From Candidatus Woesearchaeota archaeon (GTDB lineage Archaea; Nanobdellota; Nanobdellia; Woesearchaeales; UBA10216): a stretch of 64,000 nt of DNA. A program made the position numbers and the translations under genes. The notes under the pieces were generated by a model. That model had not been told where the DNA came from. It ran no database searches and saw only the letters and a program-made list of their open reading frames with translations. The DNA is taken from contig JACPTE010000012.1 in NCBI GenBank assembly GCA_016192945.1, positions 9,557 to 73,556 on the forward strand. The letters run 5' to 3'. This document shows, one piece after another, positions 37,726 through 47,782 of the stretch; position 1 is the stretch's first letter; every line of letters starts with the position of its first letter.

Positions 37726-38163
37726 TTACTTCCTTGCCTTCTCTATCTTTCCTGAGAGAAGCGCCCTTAGTGACTGGTCGTTGACCTTGATTACCTGCCA
37801 CCTTACGCCAGGTATGTCGCCCTTTGCACGCCCCTTGTTCCCGCCGATGCACTCTATCACGACTTCATCGTGCTCGTCCATCATCTTTATTGCGCCGTCC
37901 CCTGGGGCAAAGGCTGTGACCTGCCTTCCGTTCTTGATAAGCTGCACCCTTACTGCCTTTCTCATTGCCGAGTTTGGCTGCTTTGCCTCTATCTGGACTT
38001 TTTCAAGGACAAGCCCTTTTGCCTGCGCAGCCCCTTCAAGGGGGTCTGACCTCTTCTTAAGGTCAAGCAGCCTTTTAGTGTATTTTTCAGAACTCCACTT
38101 AAACCTGGCCCTTTTCTGCATGAGCTTTTTGCCTGAATTCAACCCATTTGATTTTTTCCCCAT
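37726..38163 (-). CDS. rps12: 30S ribosomal protein S12 (uS12)
   Basis: 145 aa; [29 protein letters not shown] signature. Confidence 0.9.
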   Translation of the reverse strand: MGKKSNGLNSGKKLMQKRARFKWSSEKYTKRLLDLKKRSDPLEGAAQAKGLVLEKVQIEAKQPNSAMRKAVRVQLIKNGRQVTAFAPGDGAIKMMDEHDEVVIECIGGNKGRAKGDIPGVRWQVIKVNDQSLRALLSGKIEKARK

Positions 38164-38164
38164 T

Positions 38165-38593
38165 TCAGATTACCCTTATTTCCCTTATTTCAAAATATCT
38201 CCTGATTATTTCCTTGTAATGGTTAAGGTTTGATGAGTTCCTTCCTATCAGCATGGCCTTTGTTTTGGTGTCAGGCCCTGTTATCGTGACTTTGCCGTCG
38301 TCAACATCTATCTGCTTTGCTGTCAGGGGATAAATCAGGTTCTTTATAAATGTTGCCAAATCCGGACTGTATTCAATCACCCTTGTTCTTCTTTTCAGGA
38401 GGCTTTCCATCCTTCTGATGTTTGCCCCGCTTTTGCCTATGGCCTTTCCCATGTTCTCTGACTCAACCACGAAGTATATTGCGCCGTTTGCAGTGAAGCA
38501 GTCCTTCAATTGGACCTTTGTGAGCGTCTCAAACAGCGACATTACCTTCATCAGGTTAGAGTCGTATATTATCTTAGATGTAGGGATGGGCAT
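38165..38593 (-). CDS. nusA: transcription elongation factor NusA (archaeal two-KH type)
   Basis: 142 aa; two KH motifs ([24 protein letters not shown]). Confidence 0.8.
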   Translation of the reverse strand: MPIPTSKIIYDSNLMKVMSLFETLTKVQLKDCFTANGAIYFVVESENMGKAIGKSGANIRRMESLLKRRTRVIEYSPDLATFIKNLIYPLTAKQIDVDDGKVTITGPDTKTKAMLIGRNSSNLNHYKEIIRRYFEIREIRVI

Positions 38594-38597
38594 TTAA

Positions 38598-38867
38598 TTA
38601 ATCCTTTAATCCAATCACCGATATTGAAAACTGCTTCTTGCATATAACTCCAAGCTCGTCGTTTGGTATGTCTAGCTGCTCAATCTTGCAGCTTGAAAGC
38701 CTGCTGTAGTGCTCTATGCTGCTTTTCACGCTTGCAGGGCAGTTGCTGGTCAGGAATACTTTCTGGAGTTTCCCCAGCTTGAGGGCCTTTATCGTCCTTG
38801 CTGTTCCTATAAGTGCTTTTTTCTCCTTCACTCCTTTCTTGATTTCTGATATTGCATCTGTTGGCAT
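38598..38867 (-). CDS. rpl30e: 50S ribosomal protein L30e
   Basis: 89 aa; GKLQKVFLTSNCP...pattern and conserved position after rpoA''. Confidence 0.75.
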   Translation of the reverse strand: MPTDAISEIKKGVKEKKALIGTARTIKALKLGKLQKVFLTSNCPASVKSSIEHYSRLSSCKIEQLDIPNDELGVICKKQFSISVIGLKD

Positions 38868-38894
38868 TTTAACGGCCTCTTTGGCTTGCGGATT

Positions 38895-39275
38895 TTATTG
38901 TGGCACTGCCTCCCCGCTTCTGAAGCTGAACCTCGCATATGATGCATGGCAGCTCCCATCAGGATATATCCTGGGCGTGCTGAATATTTCTGCTGTCCCT
39001 GCATTCCGATTTACCATCAGGGTTCCTATTCTTTGCTGCGGCGGCTGCCCCTGCTGCTGAAATATCTGCCCTGCTGCTGCCTGGTAAAGGACTGCTCCGC
39101 TTTCATCTTTAGCTATAATCATGTCTGATGCTGGCTTTCCTAAAACGGCATTTACAAGCTGCCCTATGCAAGAGGGTGCAGGCACTACTTCAATTGTTCC
39201 GCCAGGCACATGGATTTTGAGGCTTCCTCCTGCCAGGCTTCCACAATGGTCCCTGACTAAAATAGCGTCAAGCAT
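38895..39275 (-). CDS. hypothetical 126-aa protein inserted between rpoA'' and rpl30e
   Basis: ATG directly abuts the rpoA'' stop; Gly/Ala/Pro/Gln-rich, GC-rich; no recognisable family. Confidence 0.3.
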   Translation of the reverse strand: MLDAILVRDHCGSLAGGSLKIHVPGGTIEVVPAPSCIGQLVNAVLGKPASDMIIAKDESGAVLYQAAAGQIFQQQGQPPQQRIGTLMVNRNAGTAEIFSTPRIYPDGSCHASYARFSFRSGEAVPQ

Positions 39276-39277
39276 GC

Positions 39278-40411
39278 CTACTTCACCCTCTTAGTGATAA
39301 GCTTTGGCAAACCTGTCCCTACAGGAACTGGCTGGTTGAGCATCACATTCTCAACTACTGAGTTGAGCTTGTCCACTTCACCTGTAAGCGACGCGCTGAT
39401 TATGTGCTTTATCGGGGTTTCAAAAGACGCGCGAGCGAGCACGCTTGCCTTTTCCCTCACAACGCCATACCTTGTTATCCCCTTCAGTTTTCCATTGAAG
39501 CACATTGTGTCTGCTACAAGCATCAGGTGCCTTATGTCCACATTGAGCCCCTGGTTTTCTATGACCTTGAACACCTCATTTATAAGGGCATGCCTTGCAG
39601 CCTCTATCCCAAGCACTTCCTCTATCTCAAATATGTCGTTTGTTGTTGTCCTTGTCCCGTCCACGAATGGAAGGCCCAGCAGCTTTTTCAAGTTTGAGCC
39701 TGCTGTTATTATTATGAATTCGCCGTCCTTTTTCACAGGGAGTATCTGTGTTATTCCCCTTACGCCCCTTATGTAGCTTTCTTTTATCTTTTCCTTGAGC
39801 TTGTAGATTGCGTTTGAGTTTTCATCCTTGCTTTTCATCTTGAATATGTAAATTCCTTTCTTGATGTCTATTGAAAGGTTCTTGTTTGCTGTCTTGAGGG
39901 CTTTAAGGAGGTTTGCCTCTGTAATCGCCAGCTCTTTTGCCTTGTCGTTGTCTATAGTGACCTCTATCCTTGATTCTGCCAGGTTCAGGGTTATCTCTGA
40001 AGCTATGTCAGCAAGCTTCGTCTCCTTCACGTACAGGGCTATCTTCTTGATGTCTTTTCCCTGGCTGTATGGCTTCTTCAGGTATATCTCCATCATTGGC
40101 GTTGTGATATTCCTCCTTCCATCAAGGATTTCTATTATCCTTGGAAGCCCTGTTGTGATGTTCATCTCTGCAACGCCTGCAAAGTGGAATGTGTTGAGCG
40201 TCATCTGGGTTCCGGGCTCGCCTATTGATTCTGCAGATACAATGCCTACGCTTTCCCCAGGCTCTGCCAGCATCTGGGTGTACTCTTTTTCCACAGTTTC
40301 CATGACTTCCCTTAGCTTGCTTTCCGATATCTTTTTGGGCATGCTCTGCCTTACATCCTCAAGCACGCTTTCAGGAAGCCTTCCCTCGTATTTTTTTAGA
40401 GTATCTTCCAT
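39278..40411 (-). CDS. rpoA2: DNA-directed RNA polymerase subunit A''
   Basis: 377 aa; homologous to the C-terminal third of Rpb1/beta'; 2-nt spacing to rpoA'. Confidence 0.9.
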   Translation of the reverse strand: MEDTLKKYEGRLPESVLEDVRQSMPKKISESKLREVMETVEKEYTQMLAEPGESVGIVSAESIGEPGTQMTLNTFHFAGVAEMNITTGLPRIIEILDGRRNITTPMMEIYLKKPYSQGKDIKKIALYVKETKLADIASEITLNLAESRIEVTIDNDKAKELAITEANLLKALKTANKNLSIDIKKGIYIFKMKSKDENSNAIYKLKEKIKESYIRGVRGITQILPVKKDGEFIIITAGSNLKKLLGLPFVDGTRTTTNDIFEIEEVLGIEAARHALINEVFKVIENQGLNVDIRHLMLVADTMCFNGKLKGITRYGVVREKASVLARASFETPIKHIISASLTGEVDKLNSVVENVMLNQPVPVGTGLPKLITKRVK

Positions 40412-40412
40412 T

Positions 40413-43097
40413 TTATTCCCCTGTCACTTCGCTTATTATTCTCTTGACGTTTATTTTTCCCGCCTCTGATTTTGATACGTCTATCCCGTCCTCCCCGTAC
40501 ATGAACTGTATTATCCTCTTTGATGCATCCCTTACTGTGAGGTCGTATTCCACTCTCAGGTCCTGCATTGCGTTTGCAAGCCTCCTGTACAGGTATCCTG
40601 ATTTCGGGGTTCTCAGGGCGGTGTCCATGAGCGAGTCCCTTCCCACCATTGCCTGGAAAAAGAACTCTGCAGGCGCAAGCCCTTTCTTGAAGCAGTTCTT
40701 TATGAATCCGTGCGCCTCAGGCCCCATGTCGTTTCTCTCAAAGCAGCTCAGTGTCCTGTATTTGTATCCCTTTTCTATCCTTTTCGCCCTTAGCGCCTGC
40801 TGCCCTACTGTTGCTGACATCTGGGCGAGGTTTATTGTTGTTCCCCTTGCCCCTGAAAGCGCCATTATCATGGTATGGCTGCTTCTGTCAGCGCTTTTTG
40901 CCACGACTATTCCTGCCTCATTTCTTGCCCTGTTAAGGACTTCCATTATCTTCAGCTCAAGCGTTTCCCTCAGCTTTCTTCCGGGGAATGCCTCAAGCGT
41001 CCCATCCTTGTATGACTTTATGAGCTCTTCAACCTCCAATCTTGATGCCTCCAGGAGGCGCTTTATCTCGCTGTCTGTTTTTTCAGGCAGGTCAGTGTCT
41101 GACACTGTTGTTGTGAATCCCCTTCTCATCAGCGTTTCTATTCCCAGCCTGAATACCTTTCCTATGAATTCAACTGCTACCTGCTCCCCGTATTTCTTGT
41201 GTATGTTCCTGAGAAGCAGCCCTGAGCCTTCGCCAAGGTTGTTCTTGTCCATCACACCGGATATGAGCTTTCCGCTCTCTATTATTACATCAGGCTCTTC
41301 AGATGATTTTGACCTTCCAGAATAGCTGAAGTCTTCCGGGAGAAGGGCGCTGAATATTTCCTTTCCTGTAACTGTTTCTTTTCTTGGCAGCCTTGATGGC
41401 TCTGTGATTCCCACCTGGGCAAGCAAGTCTATTGCCTCTTCCCTTTTCATGGCAAAGCTTTTCTGGGTAAGTATGTAGTTTCCTGATATCGCGTCCTGCA
41501 CGCACCCGATGACTGAGAGCCCGTATCTTGGGCTTATCAGCTGCTTCTGGACAAGCATGAGTATCTCTGCCTCGGCTATTGCCTCCTCTGTCTGGGGTAT
41601 GTGGAGGTTCATCTCGTCGCCGTCAAAATCCGCATTGTAGGGGAAGCACACTGCCGGGTTCAGCCTCAGCGTCTTGTATGGGAGGACACTTACCCTGTGG
41701 CACATCATGCTCATCCTGTGGAGCGATGGCTGCCTGTTGAATATTGCTATGTCCCCGTCCATTAAGTGCCTTTCCACAACATAGCCCGGCTGGAGCTCTT
41801 CAAGCGCCTGCTCTATTGTTTCCTCAGTGAGCTTCTTTTTCTTCCCGTCAGGCCTTATGATGTAGTTTGCCCCCGGATATTTCTTTGGGCCTCGCTCAAT
41901 GAACTTCTTGAGGTGCGCCATGTTCCACTCTGTAACCCGCTCAGGAACTGTAAGCTTGAGCGCCATTATCTCTGGGACTCCCACTTCATTTATGTCCAGC
42001 ATCGGGTCCGGGCTTATCACTGTCCTTGCAGAGAAGTTTGTCCTTTTCCCGACAAGGTTGTGCCTTATTCTCCCCTCCTTGCTCTTGATTCTTTCTGTCA
42101 AGGTCTTGAGGGGCTGCCCTGACCTGTGCCTGGCTGGAGGAAGCTGCGCCACCTCATTGTCAAAGAAGGTGGTTATGTGATATTGCAGAAGGTCCCACAG
42201 GTCTTCAACTATTATCTCAGGCGCACCTGCATTTATGTTTTCAAAAAGCCTCTGGTTTATCCTTACTATGTCTCCCAGCTTGTGGGTCAGGTCGTCCTCG
42301 CTTCTCTCGCCTGTTTCAAGCGTGATTGAGGGCCTCATTGTCACTGGCGGTATTGGCATTACTGTCAGCACCATCCACTCAGGCCTGGTTGCCTTGGGGT
42401 TCAGCCCGAAGAGCTCTACATCGCTATCTGTTATTTTTTCAAGCCTCGTCCTTATCTCTATTGGTGATATCCTTTTGTCATCCTCAAAGATTGTTGTTGG
42501 CTTTTCCACTGTTATCTTGAACTGCTTTGCCTTGCAGTGCGGGCATTTCCCGCCGGCCTTTGAAATTATTTCCTTTACTTTCTTCCTCATCTGCTCCTCG
42601 CCCTTTTCCATGCCGAACTGCTTCAGCTTTTCCCCGTATTTGTCTATCTTGTCCTGGGCTATGAGTATCCTTCCGCATTCCCTGCATGTGCATCTTAAGT
42701 GCGTGAGTATTATAGGCACAAAGTTCAGGTGGATTATGGGCCTTGCCAGGGCTATGTACCCGAAGTGGCCTACGCATTCCTTCAGCTTTGAGCCGCATGT
42801 CTTGCATCTCAGCCCGGGGTCTATTACCCCCAGCCTTATGTCCATCAGGCCGCCGTCAACAGGGTATCCCTCCTTGTCGTAAAGCTCTGGCGTCACTATC
42901 TTTGCAGAGGCCATCTTCTTTATCATCATTGGGCTGAGCATCCCGAAGGTAAGTTCGCTTACCTGCTTGTAGATTGGGTGCTCTGGCTCAATCAACTCCT
43001 TTTTCTCTGCCTTCACTTCAAGGGCTGCATCTGGAGCTTTTGCCTCCTCCAGCTCTGTTTCCTCTGCTATTGCCTCAGGTTTTTCCTCTTCATCCAT
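40413..43097 (-). CDS. rpoA1: DNA-directed RNA polymerase subunit A'
   Basis: 894 aa; catalytic [10 protein letters not shown] motif, zinc-binding Cys clusters. Confidence 0.9.
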   Translation of the reverse strand: MDEEEKPEAIAEETELEEAKAPDAALEVKAEKKELIEPEHPIYKQVSELTFGMLSPMMIKKMASAKIVTPELYDKEGYPVDGGLMDIRLGVIDPGLRCKTCGSKLKECVGHFGYIALARPIIHLNFVPIILTHLRCTCRECGRILIAQDKIDKYGEKLKQFGMEKGEEQMRKKVKEIISKAGGKCPHCKAKQFKITVEKPTTIFEDDKRISPIEIRTRLEKITDSDVELFGLNPKATRPEWMVLTVMPIPPVTMRPSITLETGERSEDDLTHKLGDIVRINQRLFENINAGAPEIIVEDLWDLLQYHITTFFDNEVAQLPPARHRSGQPLKTLTERIKSKEGRIRHNLVGKRTNFSARTVISPDPMLDINEVGVPEIMALKLTVPERVTEWNMAHLKKFIERGPKKYPGANYIIRPDGKKKKLTEETIEQALEELQPGYVVERHLMDGDIAIFNRQPSLHRMSMMCHRVSVLPYKTLRLNPAVCFPYNADFDGDEMNLHIPQTEEAIAEAEILMLVQKQLISPRYGLSVIGCVQDAISGNYILTQKSFAMKREEAIDLLAQVGITEPSRLPRKETVTGKEIFSALLPEDFSYSGRSKSSEEPDVIIESGKLISGVMDKNNLGEGSGLLLRNIHKKYGEQVAVEFIGKVFRLGIETLMRRGFTTTVSDTDLPEKTDSEIKRLLEASRLEVEELIKSYKDGTLEAFPGRKLRETLELKIMEVLNRARNEAGIVVAKSADRSSHTMIMALSGARGTTINLAQMSATVGQQALRAKRIEKGYKYRTLSCFERNDMGPEAHGFIKNCFKKGLAPAEFFFQAMVGRDSLMDTALRTPKSGYLYRRLANAMQDLRVEYDLTVRDASKRIIQFMYGEDGIDVSKSEAGKINVKRIISEVTGE

Positions 43098-43115
43098 TTT
43101 GATGCACCTATAATC

Positions 43116-44918
43116 TTAGTACTTGCTCTTCAGCTGTATTTTCGGGTATATGCACATGCTCTTGAACTCGTCCAGAATAAGCTTGAACGCATAGCTTATT
43201 TCTATGAAGCTTATTTCTACAGATTCGCCGCATGTTGGGCAGTAGTCGCGCCTTTTGAAGTCGTCGTGTATTGCTATCAGCCCGCAGGTCTCGCAAACAG
43301 GCACTATTGTCCTGTCAGAGTCAAACCTTTCCTTGAGGAGAAGTGATGCGCCGTGGGCCACGTAAGTGTCCTTTTCCATCTCTCCAAGCCTCAGGCCGCC
43401 CTCTTTCGCCCTTCCCTCTGTTGGCTGCCTTGTCAGGAGCTGGATTGGCCCCCTGGCTCTTGAATGTATCTTATTCGCGACCATGTGCTTCAGCTTCAGG
43501 TAATACATGTCCCCTACAAAAATCCTTACAGTGAACTTTTCCCCTGTTTCGCCGTTGAACATGGTTTCAAGCCCGTTGTCCCTGAATCCGAGCCCCAGCA
43601 GCTCCTTTCTCAGCGCATCTTCAGGCTCAGAGTCAAATACTGTCCCGTTGACATACCTCCCTGACAGCGCGCCAACCTTTCCTGCAAGCAGCTCTATAAG
43701 GTGCGCCATGGTCATCCTGCTCGGTATTCCGTGGGGGCTGAACAGCAGGTCAGGGACTATCCCTGATGCTGTGAATGGCATATCTGCATGAGGCACTATA
43801 AGCCCGACAACCCCTTTCTGGCCGTGCCTTGATGTGAGCTTGTCGCCCACTTCAGGTATCCTTTCATCCCGGATTTTTACCTGAACCAGCTTGTTGCCCT
43901 CTCCATTCTCTGTGATAAGTATCATGTCCACTATGCCTTCCTCGCCGTGCTTCATTGTTACAGAGCTTTCCCTTCTCGTATCGCTCGCAAGCCTGTACTG
44001 GTCCATGCTGCTCAGGAATCTTGGCGGGGAGGTTTTTCCGATTATTACATCCCCTTCCTTAACCTTTGCCTCAGGGTAGATTATCCCGTCATCTTCCAGG
44101 TAGCGGTAGTCTTTTTCGCTCTTGTAACCCTTCACGTCCTTATTTGGTATTGATATCTCATCTACCAGCCCGCCGCTGTACCTTAATTCTTCAGCAACCA
44201 TCGGCCTGTAGTAGCTTCCCCTTCCAAGCCCTCTTTCTATTGAGCCCTTGTTTATTATTACCGCATCTTCCATGTTGTATCCCTTGTAGCTCATTACAGC
44301 CACCACTATATTCTGCCCTGATGCGTGCTTCTCATAGTCGCTTATGCTGTGCATCACAGACCTTACAATAGGCGATTGCGGGTAGTGGAGCAGGTTTACG
44401 TCCATGTCCATCCTTACAGGGTAGTTTGCTGCATAGAACCCGAGTGCCTGCTTCTGGTTCTTTGAGCCTGTATTTACCTTTTGCGCTGAGTTGAAGTTTG
44501 CGTATGGCACCAGCGAGGTTATCAACCCGAATATTGCAAGGGGCGTTATTTCAAGGTGAGTGTGCTTTGGCGTAAGGTCTTTTTCAAAAAAAGCCACCAG
44601 CGAGTTGTCTTCCTCTGCCGCGTCAAGGTATTCTATTACGCCCTGCTTCACCAGGTCGCTCCATGTTATTTCTTTTTTCTCAAGCTGTTTTATGTGCTGT
44701 TCAGTGAGAACCGGCTTTCCATCCCTTACAACTATCAACGGCCTTCTTAGCCTTCCCTTTGCTCCCTCAATATACACCTCATTGGATTCCTTGTCATATG
44801 ATACGTTGACATTTTCAGACAATATGCCCTTTCTTCTCTCATCAACTATCTTCCTGACAAGCTCCAGCGGATTTTCTGTTGTTCCTATGAATTTTCCATT
44901 AAGAAATGTGTCAACCAT
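43116..44918 (-). CDS. rpoB1: DNA-directed RNA polymerase subunit B' (C-terminal part of split B)
   Basis: 600 aa; GDKLTSRHGQKGVVG motif and C-terminal Zn ribbon CETCG...CPTCG. Confidence 0.9.
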   Translation of the reverse strand: MVDTFLNGKFIGTTENPLELVRKIVDERRKGILSENVNVSYDKESNEVYIEGAKGRLRRPLIVVRDGKPVLTEQHIKQLEKKEITWSDLVKQGVIEYLDAAEEDNSLVAFFEKDLTPKHTHLEITPLAIFGLITSLVPYANFNSAQKVNTGSKNQKQALGFYAANYPVRMDMDVNLLHYPQSPIVRSVMHSISDYEKHASGQNIVVAVMSYKGYNMEDAVIINKGSIERGLGRGSYYRPMVAEELRYSGGLVDEISIPNKDVKGYKSEKDYRYLEDDGIIYPEAKVKEGDVIIGKTSPPRFLSSMDQYRLASDTRRESSVTMKHGEEGIVDMILITENGEGNKLVQVKIRDERIPEVGDKLTSRHGQKGVVGLIVPHADMPFTASGIVPDLLFSPHGIPSRMTMAHLIELLAGKVGALSGRYVNGTVFDSEPEDALRKELLGLGFRDNGLETMFNGETGEKFTVRIFVGDMYYLKLKHMVANKIHSRARGPIQLLTRQPTEGRAKEGGLRLGEMEKDTYVAHGASLLLKERFDSDRTIVPVCETCGLIAIHDDFKRRDYCPTCGESVEISFIEISYAFKLILDEFKSMCIYPKIQLKSKY

Positions 44919-46419
44919 TTTTTGCCTCTATTATTTTTGTGGTGCTCTTCACTCCGAACCCCCTTAATGCCTTTATCAGCTCCTCTTCCTGCGAGTCCTG
45001 CGAGACTGTTGCAAGAAGGGCAAGATTCTTCTTGAGGCCTATGTTTGTTCCCTCAGGCGTTTCAATAGGGCACAATCTCCCAAGGTGCGTGCAGTGAAGC
45101 TCCCTTGCCTCAAAGTTTTCCTGTGTAGCAGATAATGGGCTGACTACCCTTTGAAGGTGTGAAATAGTCTCAAGGAAGTTCAGCCTTTGCATTCTCTGGC
45201 TGATTCCCTTTCTTCCCCCAGCCCATGAGCCTGTTGCCATTGAGCTGTAAATCCTTGATGTCAGGAGCTTTTCCCTGATTATCACCTTGATGGTCGGGAA
45301 TTTCCCCCTCTTGACTATCCTCTGGAAATTGTAAAGCAAATCCCCGATTAGCACCTTTATGTTCACCCTTACAAGGTCTGCAAGCAGGTCGCCGCTCAGC
45401 TTGAGCCTCTTGTTGGCGTAGTTGTCCTTGTCGTCAATCTCAAGCTCGCCCCTTATTGTGAGTATGAGCTTCTTAAGCATCTTGCACAGGTTGTATGCCT
45501 TGACCATCCTGTCCCTGGGCAATGTTCCCAAGTGGGGAAGAAGATATTTGTCCAGGATTTCCCTCATCCTTTCTATCCTTATTTCCTTTGACTGGGTGAT
45601 TCCGGACCTTTTTGCAATGTAGTCAACTGCTTCCTCTTCAGTCTTTATCTCGGCTGCCTCAAGCATATTAACTATTATCTCGTCAAACTCCCTGTCTGCC
45701 GAGACAAACCTCATTATGTCCTCATCCTTGGTCAGCCCAAGAGACTTTATTACAACTATTATCGGGATTCTCCTCACCCTCGTGAATGTCAGGTAGAATA
45801 TTCCGTCCCTGAGCCGTTCCATGGTGTGAGGTATCTTGTATGAGCCGTATTCTGAGAAAAGCTTCCCCACAAACTTGCTCGGCCCTGTTGACTCGGTGTC
45901 TGTGATAAACTTGTTTGATGCGAGGTCCTCCACCTTTACAAGCACCTTCTCAGTGCCATTTATTATGAAATACCCGCCTGGGTCGTCAGGGTCTTCACCC
46001 TGCTGTATCAGCTCTTCCCGCGGGAGCTTGTACAGGTGGCACTGCCTTGATTTAAGCATTATAGGGAGGTTTCCTATCTGCGTCTCAAATGACTCCCTCT
46101 GGGCGCCGTTTATGTGCGCGCTGACAGTGATGAACATGGGTGCTGCGTATGTTATCTTCCTGAGCCTTGCCTCTATGGGGAATATTTTTCTCCTGCTTCC
46201 GTCAGCCTCAGTCATTTCAGGCTTTGTTATCCTTATCCTGTCAAACTTTATCTTGAATTCCTCTACATTGGCAGGTATTATTGTTGGCTCTATCTCCCTG
46301 TTTTCGTCTATTATCTTTGGAAGCTCCTGCTCTACGAAATTGTTGAATGACTCTATGTCTGACTTGATGAATGACTGCTCATCAAAATATTTCCTCATCA
46401 GGATTTCATAATTAACCAT
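44911..46419 (-). CDS. rpoB2: DNA-directed RNA polymerase subunit B'' (N-terminal part of split B)
   Basis: 502 aa; 8-nt overlap with rpoB' as in euryarchaeal split rpoB. Confidence 0.9.
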   Translation of the reverse strand: MVNYEILMRKYFDEQSFIKSDIESFNNFVEQELPKIIDENREIEPTIIPANVEEFKIKFDRIRITKPEMTEADGSRRKIFPIEARLRKITYAAPMFITVSAHINGAQRESFETQIGNLPIMLKSRQCHLYKLPREELIQQGEDPDDPGGYFIINGTEKVLVKVEDLASNKFITDTESTGPSKFVGKLFSEYGSYKIPHTMERLRDGIFYLTFTRVRRIPIIVVIKSLGLTKDEDIMRFVSADREFDEIIVNMLEAAEIKTEEEAVDYIAKRSGITQSKEIRIERMREILDKYLLPHLGTLPRDRMVKAYNLCKMLKKLILTIRGELEIDDKDNYANKRLKLSGDLLADLVRVNIKVLIGDLLYNFQRIVKRGKFPTIKVIIREKLLTSRIYSSMATGSWAGGRKGISQRMQRLNFLETISHLQRVVSPLSATQENFEARELHCTHLGRLCPIETPEGTNIGLKKNLALLATVSQDSQEEELIKALRGFGVKSTTKIIEAKNG

Positions 46420-46663
46420 TCACAACCACTCTGTAAAAGACATTCCTGCCCGCAGTGGAGCTGTTCCTTGTTATCTGCATTACATCTCCAGGCTTTGCTC
46501 CCACCCCTGCAAGCATAGGGTCGCTTTTCAGTATCCTGGGAAGCTCAGAAGTTGTCACGTTGTATTTTTGCAGAAGCTCTTCCTTTTCCTTGTCGCTGAG
46601 CTTCTGGTATTTCGGCACTAGGATGTGTTTTTTTACGTCAATCTTCTTATTCATTTTAGGCAT
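46412..46663 (-). CDS. rpoH: DNA-directed RNA polymerase subunit H (Rpb5 homolog)
   Basis: HILVPKYQKLSDKEKEELLQKYNVTTSELPRI...FYRVVV; start chosen at MPKMNKK (or MNKK at 46654); the longer ORF to 46723 would overlap tRNA-Lys. Confidence 0.75.
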   Translation of the reverse strand: MPKMNKKIDVKKHILVPKYQKLSDKEKEELLQKYNVTTSELPRILKSDPMLAGVGAKPGDVMQITRNSSTAGRNVFYRVVVNG

Positions 46664-46681
46664 GTGCTCCTGTAAACAATA

Positions 46682-46799
46682 TGGGCCGGACGGGACTTTC
46701 CTGCAATTACCTGATTGTTGCAATTCGAACCCGCGACCGTCTGCTTAAAAGGCAGACGCGCTATTGCCCAGCTTTCCTTCCAGGCTGCGCTACCGGCCC
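46682..46799 (-). tRNA. tRNA-Lys (UUU) with two non-canonical introns (17 nt in D loop, 28 nt in T loop)
   Basis: Exons 46799-46780, 46762-46723, 46694-46682 give a 73-nt tRNA: GGGCCGG acceptor, GCGC D stem, UCUGC-CUUUUAA-GCAGA, GCGGG-UUCGAAU-CCCGU; total 118 nt = 73 + 17 + 28. Confidence 0.6.
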
Positions 46800-46824
46800 A
46801 AGAGCATAATCAATCAATATAAGG

Positions 46825-46962
46825 CGCCCTGGCCGGGACTTTCAGGCTAGGTTCGTGTCACGAGCTTGCTTTTGAACCCGGGTCGCAGCCGCTCTGCCTA
46901 TCTAGCCTCATCAGGCTTTAGTTGACAGGGCTGCATGATAGGCCGGACTACACTACCAGGGC
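46825..46962 (-). tRNA. tRNA-Asp (GUC) with a canonical 37/38 intron (31 nt) and a T-loop intron (32 nt)
   Basis: Exons 46962-46923, 46891-46871, 46838-46825; 5' half GCCCUGGUAGUGUAGUCCGGCCUAUCAU matches archaeal tRNA-Asp; loop CUGUCAC; T-loop intron ends GAAAG like the tRNA-Lys intron. Confidence 0.6.
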
Positions 46963-47268
46963 ATTTTGTTTTAACCCAAACTATTAGTTCTATATATTAG
47001 TTCTATATATTAATTCTATACCCCTAATCCTGTCTTCTATGCATAGCTCTGGCAATCCTCTTCATAAAACCAATCAACAGCTCTTGATATAGCCTGAAAC
47101 AGTTATGTGCTGATAGAAAGATTGCAGAGCCATATGTATTCGGGAAATGGGAGTTATATTTAAAGCTTTCTAATTGCGATTTTCCCTGTTTTCAGCTGCA
47201 TAGCTTGATAAATGTTTAAATACTGGGCATGGCTGAAGCAGCCTGTAAAAGTGGCGAAATACAGGATT

Positions 47269-47661
47269 ATGGTGGCGTATTGCATCATCTTGATAGCAGC
47301 CATACTGCTGGCTGGCTGCTCTCCTGACAGGTATGGCTCGCGGGTTTATGACCTTGACGGCATATTCAATGATGACCCTTCTGGAAAGGATATCAAAATA
47401 GGCTCTTTTGTTGAGCCAGGACAGGTCCAGTGCACTGATTACTTATGCCCGGCTTCAGACCCCTGCTGCAACAATTGCTATGCAAAGCTCTTCCTTGTTG
47501 ACCCTGCAAAGACTGACCTGAGGATTGAGACAGACAAGCGCTGCACAGGCAATAATTGCAGGCTTGATTGCGAAATCCCGACCAACCAGTCACACATCCT
47601 GAATGGCAGGCTTGAGCTGACAAACCTGAGGTATTACATCTTCAGGGTGGCTTACCCTTAG
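47269..47661 (+). CDS. cysteine-rich secreted lipoprotein
   Basis: Signal peptide with LLAGC lipobox; 10 Cys in the mature part; ORF is open to 47212 but Met at 47269 places the signal peptide at the N-terminus. Confidence 0.4.
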   Translation: MVAYCIILIAAILLAGCSPDRYGSRVYDLDGIFNDDPSGKDIKIGSFVEPGQVQCTDYLCPASDPCCNNCYAKLFLVDPAKTDLRIETDKRCTGNNCRLDCEIPTNQSHILNGRLELTNLRYYIFRVAYP

Positions 47662-47782
47662 GCTGCAAAAATAAGGAAGCTTTATAAATATGCCTGAATT
47701 CTTTTTTTTGTTAATATAGCGTTAGTGCCTTTTCAAGGATTGCTAATTCTATATTTTTCATATAAAACAAGCGAGGTATGTA

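Noticed and set aside
39294-46411. Numerous 60-200-aa ORFs antisense to or out of frame within the rpoA and rpoB genes (for example 39294..39776+, 40444..41325+, 42235..42882+, 45836..46411+)
   Set aside because: They lie inside highly conserved RNAP subunit genes on the opposite strand and their translations are low-complexity (Ser/Leu/Pro-rich), so they are artefacts of long GC-balanced coding regions.
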